64,000 bases of DNA from positions 224,001-288,000 of the forward strand of contig OZ251992.1 of NCBI GenBank assembly GCA_965246885.1. Direction: 5' to 3'. Below are positions 29,105 through 39,100 of this stretch, piece by piece. The translations under genes and the position numbers were made by a program. Under the pieces are notes generated by a model that did not search any database, was not told the origin of the DNA, and saw only the letters and a program-made list of their open reading frames with translations. The stretch's first letter is position 1. Every line of letters starts with the position of its first letter. The stretch is from Abditibacterium sp. GTDB lineage: Bacteria; Armatimonadota; Abditibacteriia; Abditibacteriales; Abditibacteriaceae.

Positions 29105-30898
29105 TCAACTCGGATCAATGCCGTGTTCCAGTTCGGCCAAGGCTTCTTTGGGGCGCAGGGGGAGGTGGATGGTGAAGGTGGAGCCGCCGCCGAGTTGGGA
29201 GGCGACGTCTATGGTGCCTTCGTGCCGCTCGACCAAGTGTTTGACGAGGAAAAGGCCGATGCCGGTGCCTCCGGCTTGGCGGGTGTCGCGGTTGTCCACG
29301 CGCTCGAATTTCTGGAAAACGCGGTCAAGTTTGTCGGCGGCGATGCCCATGCCTTGGTCGTGGATGGAAATGGACAGGTCGTCTTCGCTGGCTTGGACAG
29401 TCACGAGGATGTCGCCGCCGTTGGGGGAGTACTTGACGGCGTTGGACAGCAGGTTGGTGAGTATCTGGTCGAACTTGTCGGAGTCGCCGAGCATCTGGAT
29501 GGGCTGGCCCAGATAATCAAGGATGAGGCGGTGCTTGTCGGTGTAGGAACGCTGGGCTTGGAGGGCGCGCTCGATGGCGGCGAGTGGCTCAAAGAGGCTC
29601 CAGTTCATTTGCAGCGCGCGGCCCGATTCGATGCGCGACACGTTGAGGAGGTCATCTATCAGGCGGCGCAAGCGATCGCACTCGGCGTCTATGATGGAGT
29701 AGAACTCGTGGCGAGAATTGCGGTCGAAGTAGTCGTCGGTGTCCTGAAGCAGGGTGGAAATAAAGCCCTTGATGGAGGTGAGGGGCGTGCGCAGTTCGTG
29801 CGAAACGGTCGAAACGAAGGCGGTCTTCATCCTGTCCACGTTGCGAATCTCGGTGATGTCGTTAAAAATGACGACGACGCCTAAAATCGCCGGGACGCCC
29901 GCTTTCTCGCCGCGCACGAACGCGGTCTGGGCTTGATAAATGCGCGCGTCGCTACGTCCGGGCAGTTCCACTTCTATTTCGGCGGCGCCCTCGTGCCCGT
30001 TCTGCGTGGCATCGCGTAGCAGTTGGACGATGCCCTCGTTCTTGATGGCGTCCTCAAAGTAGGCGCCGTCGCCCTCGCCTCCCGGCAACCCCAACAGCGC
30101 GCGCGCGGCGGGATTGAGCAGGGAAATGTGGCCCGTAGACTCAATCATCAGCACCCCCGACCCCATCGAAAGCAGCGTCGCTTGGAGTTGCTCTTTCTCC
30201 TCGGTCAGTTGCAAATACACCTGCGCGTCGGCGATGACGGCGGTGACTTGGTGCGCCATCACCGACAAAAGCGCCAAGTCTTCCGGCGTGAACGGCGACT
30301 TCCCGCGCTTGTTGAGGACTAAAAAGACGCCGACTTGCAAGTGCTCGTGCGTGCGGGCGAGGTTGTCGTGCCGCTCCAAGGTGAGCGGATACGCGATGAA
30401 GTTGCGCGCTTCGACGCGACGTGCCCACACCTGATCGAGCGGCATGAGGGTCGTGACATCGGTGACAACGCACGGCTCGCCGCTATCGAAAGCGCGCGCG
30501 GCAACGCCCTCGGTGCGCGACAAACGCAGCGTCCTCACTTGTTCGCGGGTTAAACCAATGGCGGGCGGGCGGGCCACCAGTTCGTCGCGTTCGCGGTCAT
30601 GCAATAAGAAGACGCACTTCTCGGCTTGCACGAGCATCGAAACGCGGCGCATGAGGCGCTGGAGGGTTTGTTCGAGTTCCGAGGCCGAGGGAAGGCCCGA
30701 CCCGTCGCGGGTGGCGAGGACGCGCAACGAGTCGGCGGTTTCGGCGCCGAGCAAGTCAAGGGGCACAACAGGGGGGGCTGTTGCCTTCCCGTCCTCCGAG
30801 TAATCGCCCTGAGCGGGGGGCGATGACGGGGGGAGGGCATCGCCTGAAGCGCCACCCGAATCGGCGGGCGCAAACAGGAGAGGGAATAAGCGGGGCAT
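29105..30898 (-). CDS. Cytoplasmic GAF-PAS sensor histidine kinase
   Basis: VLNKR...FTPEDL (GAF); SHELRTPLTSI (H-box); NLLSNAVKY, DQGMGI, GTGIGL. Confidence 0.93.
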   Translation of the reverse strand: MPRLFPLLFAPADSGGASGDALPPSSPPAQGDYSEDGKATAPPVVPLDLLGAETADSLRVLATRDGSGLPSASELEQTLQRLMRRVSMLVQAEKCVFLLHDRERDELVARPPAIGLTREQVRTLRLSRTEGVAARAFDSGEPCVVTDVTTLMPLDQVWARRVEARNFIAYPLTLERHDNLARTHEHLQVGVFLVLNKRGKSPFTPEDLALLSVMAHQVTAVIADAQVYLQLTEEKEQLQATLLSMGSGVLMIESTGHISLLNPAARALLGLPGGEGDGAYFEDAIKNEGIVQLLRDATQNGHEGAAEIEVELPGRSDARIYQAQTAFVRGEKAGVPAILGVVVIFNDITEIRNVDRMKTAFVSTVSHELRTPLTSIKGFISTLLQDTDDYFDRNSRHEFYSIIDAECDRLRRLIDDLLNVSRIESGRALQMNWSLFEPLAAIERALQAQRSYTDKHRLILDYLGQPIQMLGDSDKFDQILTNLLSNAVKYSPNGGDILVTVQASEDDLSISIHDQGMGIAADKLDRVFQKFERVDNRDTRQAGGTGIGLFLVKHLVERHEGTIDVASQLGGGSTFTIHLPLRPKEALAELEHGIDPS

Positions 30899-30932
30899 AA
30901 CGCGGACAGAAGCGTTCCAGCGGAGAAGCGAA

Positions 30933-30962
30933 GTCACGGCCCTTGCGTCGAAGGGCCGTGAC
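30933..30962. other. 12-bp stem hairpin upstream of the histidine kinase
   Basis: GTCACGGCCCTT-GCGTCG-AAGGGCCGTGAC; no clear U tract. Confidence 0.6.
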
Positions 30963-31004
30963 CGGAGTATGAACGCGCCGCCCCTAAACGGGCAAAGCGC
31001 GGGC

Positions 31005-31403
31005 CTACGGGTTGGAGTGGCCGTTTTGAGGCGCGCTCGTGGGCTTGGCTTCGCCCGCTTTCTTGGACGGCTTGCGCGGGCGTTCGGGACGCGACAAATC
31101 GGCGAGTGTGGACATGCGCTGCAAAGCGCGGTGAAAAGACAATAAATCGCCCGACGAAATGGCGTTTTGGTCGAGGAAACGGTCGCGCTCGTCGTAGCTC
31201 ATCTCGTCGCGGGGCGCGTCGAAGATGGACGGATCCCAGTCAAGGCGCGCGATGAACTCCTCGCCCATCTGCTTGCAATGACGGCAGCGATATTTGACGT
31301 AGACGACTTCCTCGCCCGAAGAGCGCTCGTAAGGTTCCAGGCGCAGCACTTCGCGGCCCACAACGTGATGGCCGCACCGACAACGCACAAGAGGTTTGCT
31401 CAT
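31005..31403 (-). CDS. Hypothetical zinc-ribbon protein
   Basis: CRCG...CRHC; TATACT 15 nt upstream of the ATG. Confidence 0.7.
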   Translation of the reverse strand: MSKPLVRCRCGHHVVGREVLRLEPYERSSGEEVVYVKYRCRHCKQMGEEFIARLDWDPSIFDAPRDEMSYDERDRFLDQNAISSGDLLSFHRALQRMSTLADLSRPERPRKPSKKAGEAKPTSAPQNGHSNP

Positions 31404-31522
31404 AGGAATAGACGCGCCAGTATAACGACGAACTCCCCCGCCCCCATCCTGACGCACCTTTTAAGACGTAAAGCCCGCCCCTTCGTGCCACGTGGCTTTC
31501 GACTTGCGACGAGGAGGGGCAA

Positions 31523-31816
31523 ATGAACGACCAAACACCACTCGAACAAGCCCAGCAGCAACGCGACGAACAGGCTCACAACATCGCCGCCTCACACGAA
31601 GCGACCCGCGAAGACAAAACCCCGCTCGAACGCGCCCAAGAGCAAACGCAGCTTAATGCGCGCAACCTTGCCGACGCGCGCGAAGAATCACTTGAAGCTC
31701 ACTCCAACGCGCGCCAACAGGAGGGAGTGGACACCCACACCGACGCCCCCGGTGGCATCGGCAAGTCGGGCCAAGCGCCCAACCCGCGCACGCAACCCAC
31801 GCGTGACTCGCGCTGA
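31523..31816 (+). CDS. Small hydrophilic protein with an internal repeat
   Basis: GAGGAGG SD; DQTPLEQAQQQ / DKTPLERAQEQ duplication. Confidence 0.7.
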   Translation: MNDQTPLEQAQQQRDEQAHNIAASHEATREDKTPLERAQEQTQLNARNLADAREESLEAHSNARQQEGVDTHTDAPGGIGKSGQAPNPRTQPTRDSR

Positions 31817-31847
31817 GGGCACCGCTTCCACATACTCCGGCGGACTG

Positions 31848-32019
31848 TCGGCGTCCGTCTGGGAATGATTCCCAGACGGACGCCGAAGACTAACGGACGT
31901 CTGTCATTGAACGGCGGACGTCTGTCATTGAACGGCGGACGTTCCTCACGCAGTCGCGGACGTCCGCCGCCAGTTGGCGGACGCCCGCCAATTGGCGGCA
32001 GACGCCGCTCGTCGCTTCG
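31848..32019. repeat. Perfect 19-bp palindrome followed by a 21-bp-period array (7 units)
   Basis: Hairpin 31848-31886; C[AG]GACG at 31873, 31894, 31915, 31936, 31957, 31978, 31999. Confidence 0.92.
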
Positions 32020-32020
32020 C

Positions 32021-32245
32021 TTACGCTTTGAGGTGTCCCGCCAACAGCGTCTGGGCTTTCTCTGCGGTGGTTTTGGCCGCGTTCTGCGTTTCGCGGAAGA
32101 ACTGCGCGCATTCGTTGTCGCCCGATTCCTCGGCGTCTTTGATGTAAGCATCGTAGCGGATGGTGGCTTCCGCCGTGTGGTGAATGACCGAAATCAGGTT
32201 GTAGGCGATGTTCTGAATACCGGTTTCTTTTTGGTCTTGGTTCAT
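32021..32245 (-). CDS. Small ferritin-like helical hypothetical protein
   Basis: TG...YNLISVIHH...YDAYIKDAEESGDNECAQFFRE. Confidence 0.75.
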   Translation of the reverse strand: MNQDQKETGIQNIAYNLISVIHHTAEATIRYDAYIKDAEESGDNECAQFFRETQNAAKTTAEKAQTLLAGHLKA

Positions 32246-32306
32246 GATGGGTTGACTCTCCTGTGGACGCTTGTCCACCCCGCCCCAAGGCAAATTGGGC
32301 GCCGCG

Positions 32307-33452
32307 TCAAGCGGTTTGCGCGGCGTTTTTGCGATTCGAGGGCAAGAACAAATCGGAGAAAGTCTGCGTCGCGAAGCGGTCGGTCATACCCGCCACGAAG
32401 TCGCACACCTCGCGCGCCAGTTCGCTTTGCGTCAATTCGCCCCACGCCGCGCGCGGGCAGATGGCACCGCTCATGCGGTCGGGGTGGTTCATGAAGAACT
32501 CGAACAGATGCCATATCACGTGGCGCACGCGCGGCGCTTCCTCGTCCATACCGAGCAGGTAAACGTGTTGGAACATCCAGTTCTTGAGGCCGTCGGTCGC
32601 TTGCATTACGTCGTCGCTCATGGCGATGCGCTCGCTTGCCACGCGCTCGCCGTTCACCATCTCACTGGAGGCTTCGACAATGGCGCGCACCATGCGGGTG
32701 ATGCGCGCCGCGCCGCGCTCGCCCAGAACCGCGATGAACTCGCGCGGCAAGTCGTCGTGCGTGATGATGCCCGCGCGCACGGCGTCGTCTATGTCGTGGT
32801 TGACGTAGGCGACGCGGTCGCAGATGCGGATGATCTGCCCTTCCAAGGTCGCCGGTTTGCCGCGTCCCAGCCACAGGTCAAGCGACTGTCCCGCGTTCAA
32901 ATCGTCCTTGCCCTTGGAGTGATGGAGGATGCCGTCGCGCACTTCCCATGTTAAGTTCAGCCCGCCGCCGTGATGCTCCAAGGTGTCCACAATGCGCAGC
33001 GAATGTTCGTAGTGCCGAAAGCGCGCGTCGGGGTCGAAGCGGCGATACGCTTCGTCGAGCGCTTCTTCGCCCGCGTGGCCGTAAGGCGCGTGTCCGACAT
33101 CATGCCCCAAGCCGATGGCCTCGACCAAATCCTCGTTGAGCCGCAAAGCGCGGGCGACGGTGCGCGCGATTTGGGTGACTTCGAGGGTGTGCGTCAAGCG
33201 GGTGCGGTAGTGGTCAAATTCGGGGGAGATGAAAACCTGCGTTTTGTGCTTGAGGCGGCGGAAGGCTTTGGAATGAAGGATGCGGTCGCGGTCGCGCTGC
33301 CATTCGGTGCGCAGCGCGTCGGGCGCTTCGGGGGTTTCGCGGCCTTTGGACTGCGCCGAACGCGCCGCGCGCAGGGACAGCGACTCCGCTTCGCGCGCTT
33401 CAAGCCACAAGCGCACGTCGGAAAGATCGGACAGAGATGTTGAAAGTTGCAT
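32307..33452 (-). CDS. dgt: Deoxyguanosinetriphosphate triphosphohydrolase (HD family)
   Basis: QRDRDRILHSKAFRRLKHKTQVF, RTRLTHTLEV, GHDVGHAPYGHAGE, DFVAGMTD. Confidence 0.96.
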   Translation of the reverse strand: MQLSTSLSDLSDVRLWLEAREAESLSLRAARSAQSKGRETPEAPDALRTEWQRDRDRILHSKAFRRLKHKTQVFISPEFDHYRTRLTHTLEVTQIARTVARALRLNEDLVEAIGLGHDVGHAPYGHAGEEALDEAYRRFDPDARFRHYEHSLRIVDTLEHHGGGLNLTWEVRDGILHHSKGKDDLNAGQSLDLWLGRGKPATLEGQIIRICDRVAYVNHDIDDAVRAGIITHDDLPREFIAVLGERGAARITRMVRAIVEASSEMVNGERVASERIAMSDDVMQATDGLKNWMFQHVYLLGMDEEAPRVRHVIWHLFEFFMNHPDRMSGAICPRAAWGELTQSELAREVCDFVAGMTDRFATQTFSDLFLPSNRKNAAQTA

Positions 33453-33537
33453 AAGGGCGCCGGACGAACTTCTCTTCCTTAGTTTGCCCGTGCTTTCTTT
33501 AAGTCGTTTTAAAGTGGAGGTGCTAAACCCTTTCCCG

Positions 33538-34458
33538 ATGCATCGCAACTCGCTCCAATACTTCTCCGTCCTCGCGCTCTCCCTCGGCGCCCTCCCGACC
33601 GCGCCCGCCCTCGCGTGGTTTCCCCAAGGCCATTCCCTCATCGCGCAAAGCGCCGCCCACGCCGTGCCCGCCGACTTGCCGACGTGGTTCCGCGACGGGG
33701 CGGCTCAAATCGCCCATGACGCGCAAGACCCCGACATCCAAAAGAATCGCGGCCTGCCCCTCATGAGCGAAGTCGAGGCGCCGCGCCATTACATAGATTA
33801 TGAACTCTTGGAAGGCAACGCCCTGCCCGCGAGCCGCGCCGACTTTTACACCCTATGCGAGAAGTTGGGGCACAAACCGGGCGACGTCGGGGAACTGCCC
33901 TATTCGCTGCGGGAGTGGAGCGAGCGCCTTACAATGGACTTTGCCGAAGCGCGCAAATACCCGAACAACCCCTATATTCGCGCCAAAACCCTCGTGACGG
34001 CGGGCATTCTCGCGCACTATTCGGGCGACTGCGAAATGCCGCTTCACACCACCCTCGACCACGACGGACGCCACCTCGCGGGCGGCAAGTCGCCCCGCAG
34101 TGGCATCCACGCCAAAGTAGACTCGCTCGTCGAGCGAGTCCATCCCTCCCCTGCCGAACTCGAAACCGGCCAAACCCTCGCGCCCATCGACGACCTCTGG
34201 CCTGCCATTAACGCCGAAATTCTCGCTTCGCGCTCCCATATAGACGAGACCTACGCCCTCGCCCCCGACCTGCCGCCCGCCAAAGGCGCGTGGACGCCCT
34301 CGCCCAAAGTGCGCGCCTTTACCCTCGAACGCGCCCGCGCGGGCGTCAACTGGACAGCGCGCCTGTATGCATGGGCGTGGCACGAATCGGCAACAGTGGA
34401 ACTCCCCGGCTGGCTGCGCCGCGAGGAAGACCAAAACAGCGCGCCCGTCCAGCCATGA
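33538..34458 (+). CDS. Secreted S1/P1 nuclease / Zn-dependent phospholipase C family protein
   Basis: Signal peptide then W...GH; PD...HYID; HYSGD...PLH; GIH. Confidence 0.82.
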   Translation: MHRNSLQYFSVLALSLGALPTAPALAWFPQGHSLIAQSAAHAVPADLPTWFRDGAAQIAHDAQDPDIQKNRGLPLMSEVEAPRHYIDYELLEGNALPASRADFYTLCEKLGHKPGDVGELPYSLREWSERLTMDFAEARKYPNNPYIRAKTLVTAGILAHYSGDCEMPLHTTLDHDGRHLAGGKSPRSGIHAKVDSLVERVHPSPAELETGQTLAPIDDLWPAINAEILASRSHIDETYALAPDLPPAKGAWTPSPKVRAFTLERARAGVNWTARLYAWAWHESATVELPGWLRREEDQNSAPVQP

Positions 34459-34536
34459 AACTCCTTTGCACGCACCAGAGCTTCGCCCAAATCACGACTT
34501 CATCTGGTCACAATTTCACCCAAGCAGGAGTAAGGT

Positions 34537-35010
34537 TTAACGGCCAAAGTCAGATGGCAACGCGAAACTTCTGCCCGGCAACTTCGATTCGTCGAAGTAG
34601 ATATAGTGATAGGTGCGGCTCGCAAAAAGCCATTGGCCATTCACCCGTTGCAAGCGGTCGTCATACATGGCCACGTTGTTCTGGAAGGTCGTCCCGTCTT
34701 TGCCCTTGACCATTTCTTGAACCGTCCAGCGCCCGGTGGCGGTGTCGCCCGCAATTTGGACAGTTCCGGCGTGGGTCATTTGCGCAAACATCTCGAAGTG
34801 TCCGATCATCTCCTCGAACTTTTGCGCGATGTTCGCGGCTCCTTCAGCGTGGAAGGGGAAGGGGTCGAGAACGCGCCATTGCCCGTCGTCCGTCCACAAC
34901 TTTCCGAACGCTTGGAAGTCCCGCCGATTCGCTGCGTCCGAAAAAAGTCCGGCAAGATTGCGGATTGCCAGTTCGTCTTTAATCGCTTGGATTTCTTCTT
35001 CGATGTTCAT
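34537..35010 (-). CDS. SnoaL/NTF2-like domain protein
   Basis: DELAIRNL...D.ANRRDF...LWTDDG.W...GDTATGR...YDDRL.R..GQWLF.SR. Confidence 0.88.
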   Translation of the reverse strand: MNIEEEIQAIKDELAIRNLAGLFSDAANRRDFQAFGKLWTDDGQWRVLDPFPFHAEGAANIAQKFEEMIGHFEMFAQMTHAGTVQIAGDTATGRWTVQEMVKGKDGTTFQNNVAMYDDRLQRVNGQWLFASRTYHYIYFDESKLPGRSFALPSDFGR

Positions 35011-35110
35011 ATATGGTCTCCGTAGCCCACGCGCGCGATTAGCGTACCAACTCATTGTCAAGTATCGAGGCTTGTTCAACGAGGAAACCGGGTTGCCCGC
35101 AGGCGTTGAC

Positions 35111-35153
35111 AAAAAGCGCCGCTTGACTAGGGTCAAGCGGCGCTTCTTTTTTT
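35111..35153. terminator. Intrinsic terminator (bidirectional form) after the speD-like gene
   Basis: 14-bp stem AAGCGCCGCTTGAC-TAGG-GTCAAGCGGCGCTT flanked by A and T runs. Confidence 0.85.
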
Positions 35154-35173
35154 GTCTTCAATCTCTCGAAGGT

Positions 35174-35680
35174 TTAATTATGGGCGTGCCCGTTGGTCTC
35201 GTAGCCGTTGGGGTTGTAGCCATGCAGGGCGGTCGAGGGCGCGGAGGCGACGGCTTCGGCGCGCGTGATGTTCGGCGTGTAGGCGGTCACGTGGGGCGCC
35301 ATCGGCGCGGGAAGCATCGAAGTTTCGGTTCCGTATTCCAAGCCGCGTCGCAGGACGCAGGTCTCGACTTCTTGGAGGCCGAAGGCATCCATCAGGTAGT
35401 CGCAGGTGAGCGCGGGGTCGAACTCTTTGCAGGAGAACACGTCAATGGCGACTTCGCCGCGTTCGGGAAAAGTGTGAACGCTGATGTGCGATTCGGCGAT
35501 CATAACAAAGCCGGAGATGCCCCAGTCTTCGGGGGACACGCCGACATAGCGCGTAACGATGGGCGGCATGATCTTGGTCATGTTGATCCGACCGGGCAGG
35601 GAGTCGAGCAATTCGTAAAGAGCCGGTAAGTCCTGCAGTTTGTGCCAGTCGCCGCCGCGACCTTCGATGATGAGATGCAT
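35174..35680 (-). CDS. speD: Pyruvoyl-dependent S-adenosylmethionine decarboxylase family proenzyme
   Basis: GISGFVMIAESHISVHTFPE...DVFSC with the E-S self-cleavage site; GGGAG SD. Confidence 0.88.
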   Translation of the reverse strand: MHLIIEGRGGDWHKLQDLPALYELLDSLPGRINMTKIMPPIVTRYVGVSPEDWGISGFVMIAESHISVHTFPERGEVAIDVFSCKEFDPALTCDYLMDAFGLQEVETCVLRRGLEYGTETSMLPAPMAPHVTAYTPNITRAEAVASAPSTALHGYNPNGYETNGHAHN

Positions 35681-36005
35681 ATTCGTATCCGTCTCCCGAC
35701 GGTGTGGATGGGACGTTGTGGCCCCGAATCCTCTAACCAAAGCCCGACGATGGAATCCGCCTCAACTGCGCTGCTTGAATATGTTCAAGCGGATTGTTTG
35801 GAACCGGGCTTACCTCCTCGCGGAAAGGGAATCACCAAGTGCGGCCCGCGACCTCGCACCCGGCGTTTTGCCACCGAAGTGGCGCTGCTGTCGTCTCGCT
35901 CTTTTTGGGTTTGACCCCGGAAACCGGTGAAAAAAAGAGCCACACCAGAATCAGGACTAATCCCCGCTCTTGCGGATTAGGCCCCCAGTGTGACTGCCTC
36001 GAAGA
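35681..36005 (-). promoter_or_regulatory. Long structured 5' leader / candidate cis-regulatory RNA or ncRNA
   Basis: Consecutive stems including GCCAC-TTCG-GTGGC, GCTCTTTTT...AAAAAGAGC, CTAATCC...GGATTAG, AATCCGC...GCGGATT. Confidence 0.5.
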
Positions 36006-36169
36006 ACTCGCTTCTTCGCTTTTATCAGTTGTCAAACCCGCCAAAGCGGGTCGTTAGCGCATCTACCAACGCTTTGCTCAGCCCTCAGGTTTCGTATTAT
36101 TACTCGCCACAGGGAACTCTCAATTTCGCGCTTTGGAGCGCCCCCTCACCCCAATCGTCCCTTGAAACA

Positions 36170-39100
36170 ATGATTTGTCAAGGGTTGAACGCGCCCGTTT
36201 CCCTCGCCGGGGCGTGGCAATTGGAGCGCGACGCGGCGCAGTTGGCACGCGGTTTGGCGGCGTCGCGTGGCTGGGAAGCGGTCGCCGACGAAGCGCGAAC
36301 CATTGTGCGCGAGGCGGCGCTTTGGCCAGTCGCGGCGCGGGCGGCGTGGAGCGATGACCCGCGCGATTTGCCAATGTCCGAGGCGCTGCAAAGCGCGGCT
36401 CGCGCTCTCGACGGCTTCGCGGTTCACGCCACAAACGGCGGTCAAGCGGCGCGCGAAGCGGGATTGTGGGCGGCGCTCGCGTGGGCGCTGGGCGGCAATT
36501 TCCCGTCGGCGAGCGTAGCGCTCAAGCGCACCTTCCCCCGTTTGGACGGGCGCTCCTCGCTTGTGCCGCTCGCGTCGGGGCGCGGATGGAAGGAGGGCGA
36601 AGCGGCACTCGTGGCGGCGCTTGCGCCGGGAATGGCGCCGCTCGTGGCGGGGGATTCTCGCTTTGCTGCAAGGGTGGCGGCAGGCGCTTTGGAGGACGAC
36701 GACGAATGGCAGGAGGAGTTGCGCTGCGAACTTCCTCCCGCGTGGTTCGACGGAGCGCGCGCGGCGTTCGAGGGCGCGCGGTTATTATCCACGCATCGCG
36801 CGTTGGACGAGCGCGGCGGCGCCCTCGCGGGCCACGCATGGGCGCCCATCTTGGCACGGCGCATGCCGACGCTTCTCCCGCCTCAAAAGGTGGCGCTTGA
36901 ACGCGGCTTTTTGTCGTCCAGTGGCGGCGCGGTCGCGGCGCTTCCGCCGGGAACGGGCAAGACGTGGCTGGGTGAACTGTTCCTCTTCGAGTCCCTCGCG
37001 CGCGCCGGGAAGACACCCGCGCCGCTCGCGGTATTTCTGGTGCCTTATGTCGCCTTGGGGCGCGGGGTTGCGGCGGCGATTAAGCGGCACGCGCGCGGTT
37101 TAGGCGTCGAGGTGCGCGTGTGGCTCAGTGGCGAAGAGGACGAAGCGGCCCTGCCCGACGCGCCAACGCTCGTCGTCGCTACGCCCGAACGCTTCGACGG
37201 CGCATGGCGCGGCGAGCCGAAACTGTCCGAGCGTTTGTGCGGCGTGGTGGTGGACGAGGCGCATCTCGTTTCCGACGGCGCGCGCGGCGCACGGTTGGAG
37301 TCGCTCGTGGCGCGCGCACAGATGGCGCGGGTGCGGATGCTGTTGCTGTCGGCGGCAACGGGCGACGCGGCGGCGTTGGGCGCGTGGATTGGCGCACCGC
37401 CCGCGTTGCAGTTGCAAAGCAGTTGGACGCCAACGGCGCGGCGCATGGCGTTTTGGCGCGCGGATGGGTCGCTGGAATGGCACGGCGAACTGGCGGGGCA
37501 GGGCTTGCTGCCGCTTGGCGAAGCGCCGCTCCAATGGGCGCGCCGCGAACTGCGGGCGGGGAGTGGCTGGATGCACGGTCAGAAGCAGGAGCACTTGGTG
37601 TGGGGCAACGTCGCGCACCTCGCGCGCCTGCGGCACGAGACGTTGGGCGGCGCGGTCTTGTGCTTGTGCGCGACGCGGCGCGGGGTGCGCGGCTTGGCCC
37701 GCGCGCTCGCGGCGCAGTTCCCGGAGAAGGCGGAAGTCGGCGGCGCCTTAGCGAGTGCCATCTCGCTCATCGAAACGCGCCACCGCACCCTGCTTCCACT
37801 CGCGCGGCTTTTGCGGCACGGCGTGGCGTGGCACTCGGCGGCTTTGCCGTCCGACCTGCGCGCCCTCATCGAGCAGGCGGTGACGAACGGCGAAGTGTGT
37901 GCCTTAGCCGCGACGCGCACGCTCGCCGAGGGCGTGGATTTGCCTTGGAATCAAACGATTCTCGCGGACTGGCTGGCATGGGACGAGCGCGGCTGGCACC
38001 CGATGACGGGCGGTTTGTTCCGCAACATCGCGGGCCGGTGCGGACGCGCCGGAGCCTTCACGGAAGGCGACACCTTCGTCTTCGACAACCCCCTCGGCCC
38101 CGCCGCGTGGACGGCGCCCGACGTGCGGGCGGGCGTGCAACGCGCGCAGTTTCTCGCGCCGATGGATGCCGCGCCGCGCTCAGCCCTTGAAACGGACGGC
38201 GCCTCTCTTGATCAAATGACCGCGACACGCGCCGCGTGGGAGTCGGGCTTGATGGCGCTTCTCGCGTGGCACACATCAACGCGCGGCGCCTTGGAGTTGG
38301 CCGACCTCCAAGCCGCCTTTTATCTGCCGCGCCGCGACGGGGCGGCGTGGGAAGTGGTGCTCGAAACGACGCTGAACGCTTGGCTCACGGGCGATTGGGC
38401 GCGGGTGGATTCGGACGGCAAGTGGAGGGCGACAGCGCGCGGCTTGGCGCTCGCGCGGGCGGATGTGTCGCCTGCGACGGCGCAGAAACTCTTGCTGGCC
38501 CTCGCCTCGCTTCCGCGCCGCGCGCCGGGAACGGTCGAGGACGCCGCGAAACTCAACGCGCAGTTGTGGCACGCGCTCGGCGACGTGCCCGAAGGAAGCG
38601 ACAACGCCGCGTTATGGGCGGCGCGCTCGAAGTTTCCCGCCCGCTTGGACGACGCGGCGAATGTGGGGCGCGCGTGGCTGGAGGGCGTGCCCGTCGCGGC
38701 GATGTTCGCCGCCTTGCCGCGCGTGCGGGCGGCGAAGAGTTTCCCCGGCGACGCGGCGCTCCGCGCGTGGCTCGACGGCGAGGACGACGCGGGATGCGCC
38801 TTGGACACAGCCGACGCCGAGTGGACGGGCGGCTTCGACCGCTTCAGCGACTGGGTGCGCGCGGCACTCGGCTCGTGGACGCCGCGTTTGTGGCGGGCGT
38901 GCGGCGCGCTGTCGCCCCTCGTCGCGGCCCGCCCCGAACTGGCGGGATGGGAGTGGAGCCGCTTCGCCGCGCGTTTCGCGGGCGGCGTTTCAAGCGACTG
39001 GGCCGTCAACGCCCTGCGCGCGGGCGCTCCCGGTGGCCGCGAAACCCTTGGCGCGTGGGGCGAAGCGTGGCCGTTCCCCGTCACACCCGCCGACTCGCTC

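Noticed and set aside
31873..32019. CRISPR array
   Set aside because: The unit is only 21 bp with a 6-bp constant core, two inter-core segments are identical, and there are no cas genes in the window.
32307..34458. dGTPase + nuclease as an antiphage nucleotide-depletion system
   Set aside because: The dGTPase looks like the common housekeeping type, and the nuclease is divergently transcribed and secreted.
35790..35820. RNase P RNA 3' end (GAACCGGGCTTAC)
   Set aside because: No upstream GAGGAAAGTCC element; the partial match is likely chance.
35681..36005. Canonical SAM-I riboswitch or tmRNA
   Set aside because: No ATC..GAG / GCAACC / GTGC.AA.TCC core, and no tRNA-like ends.
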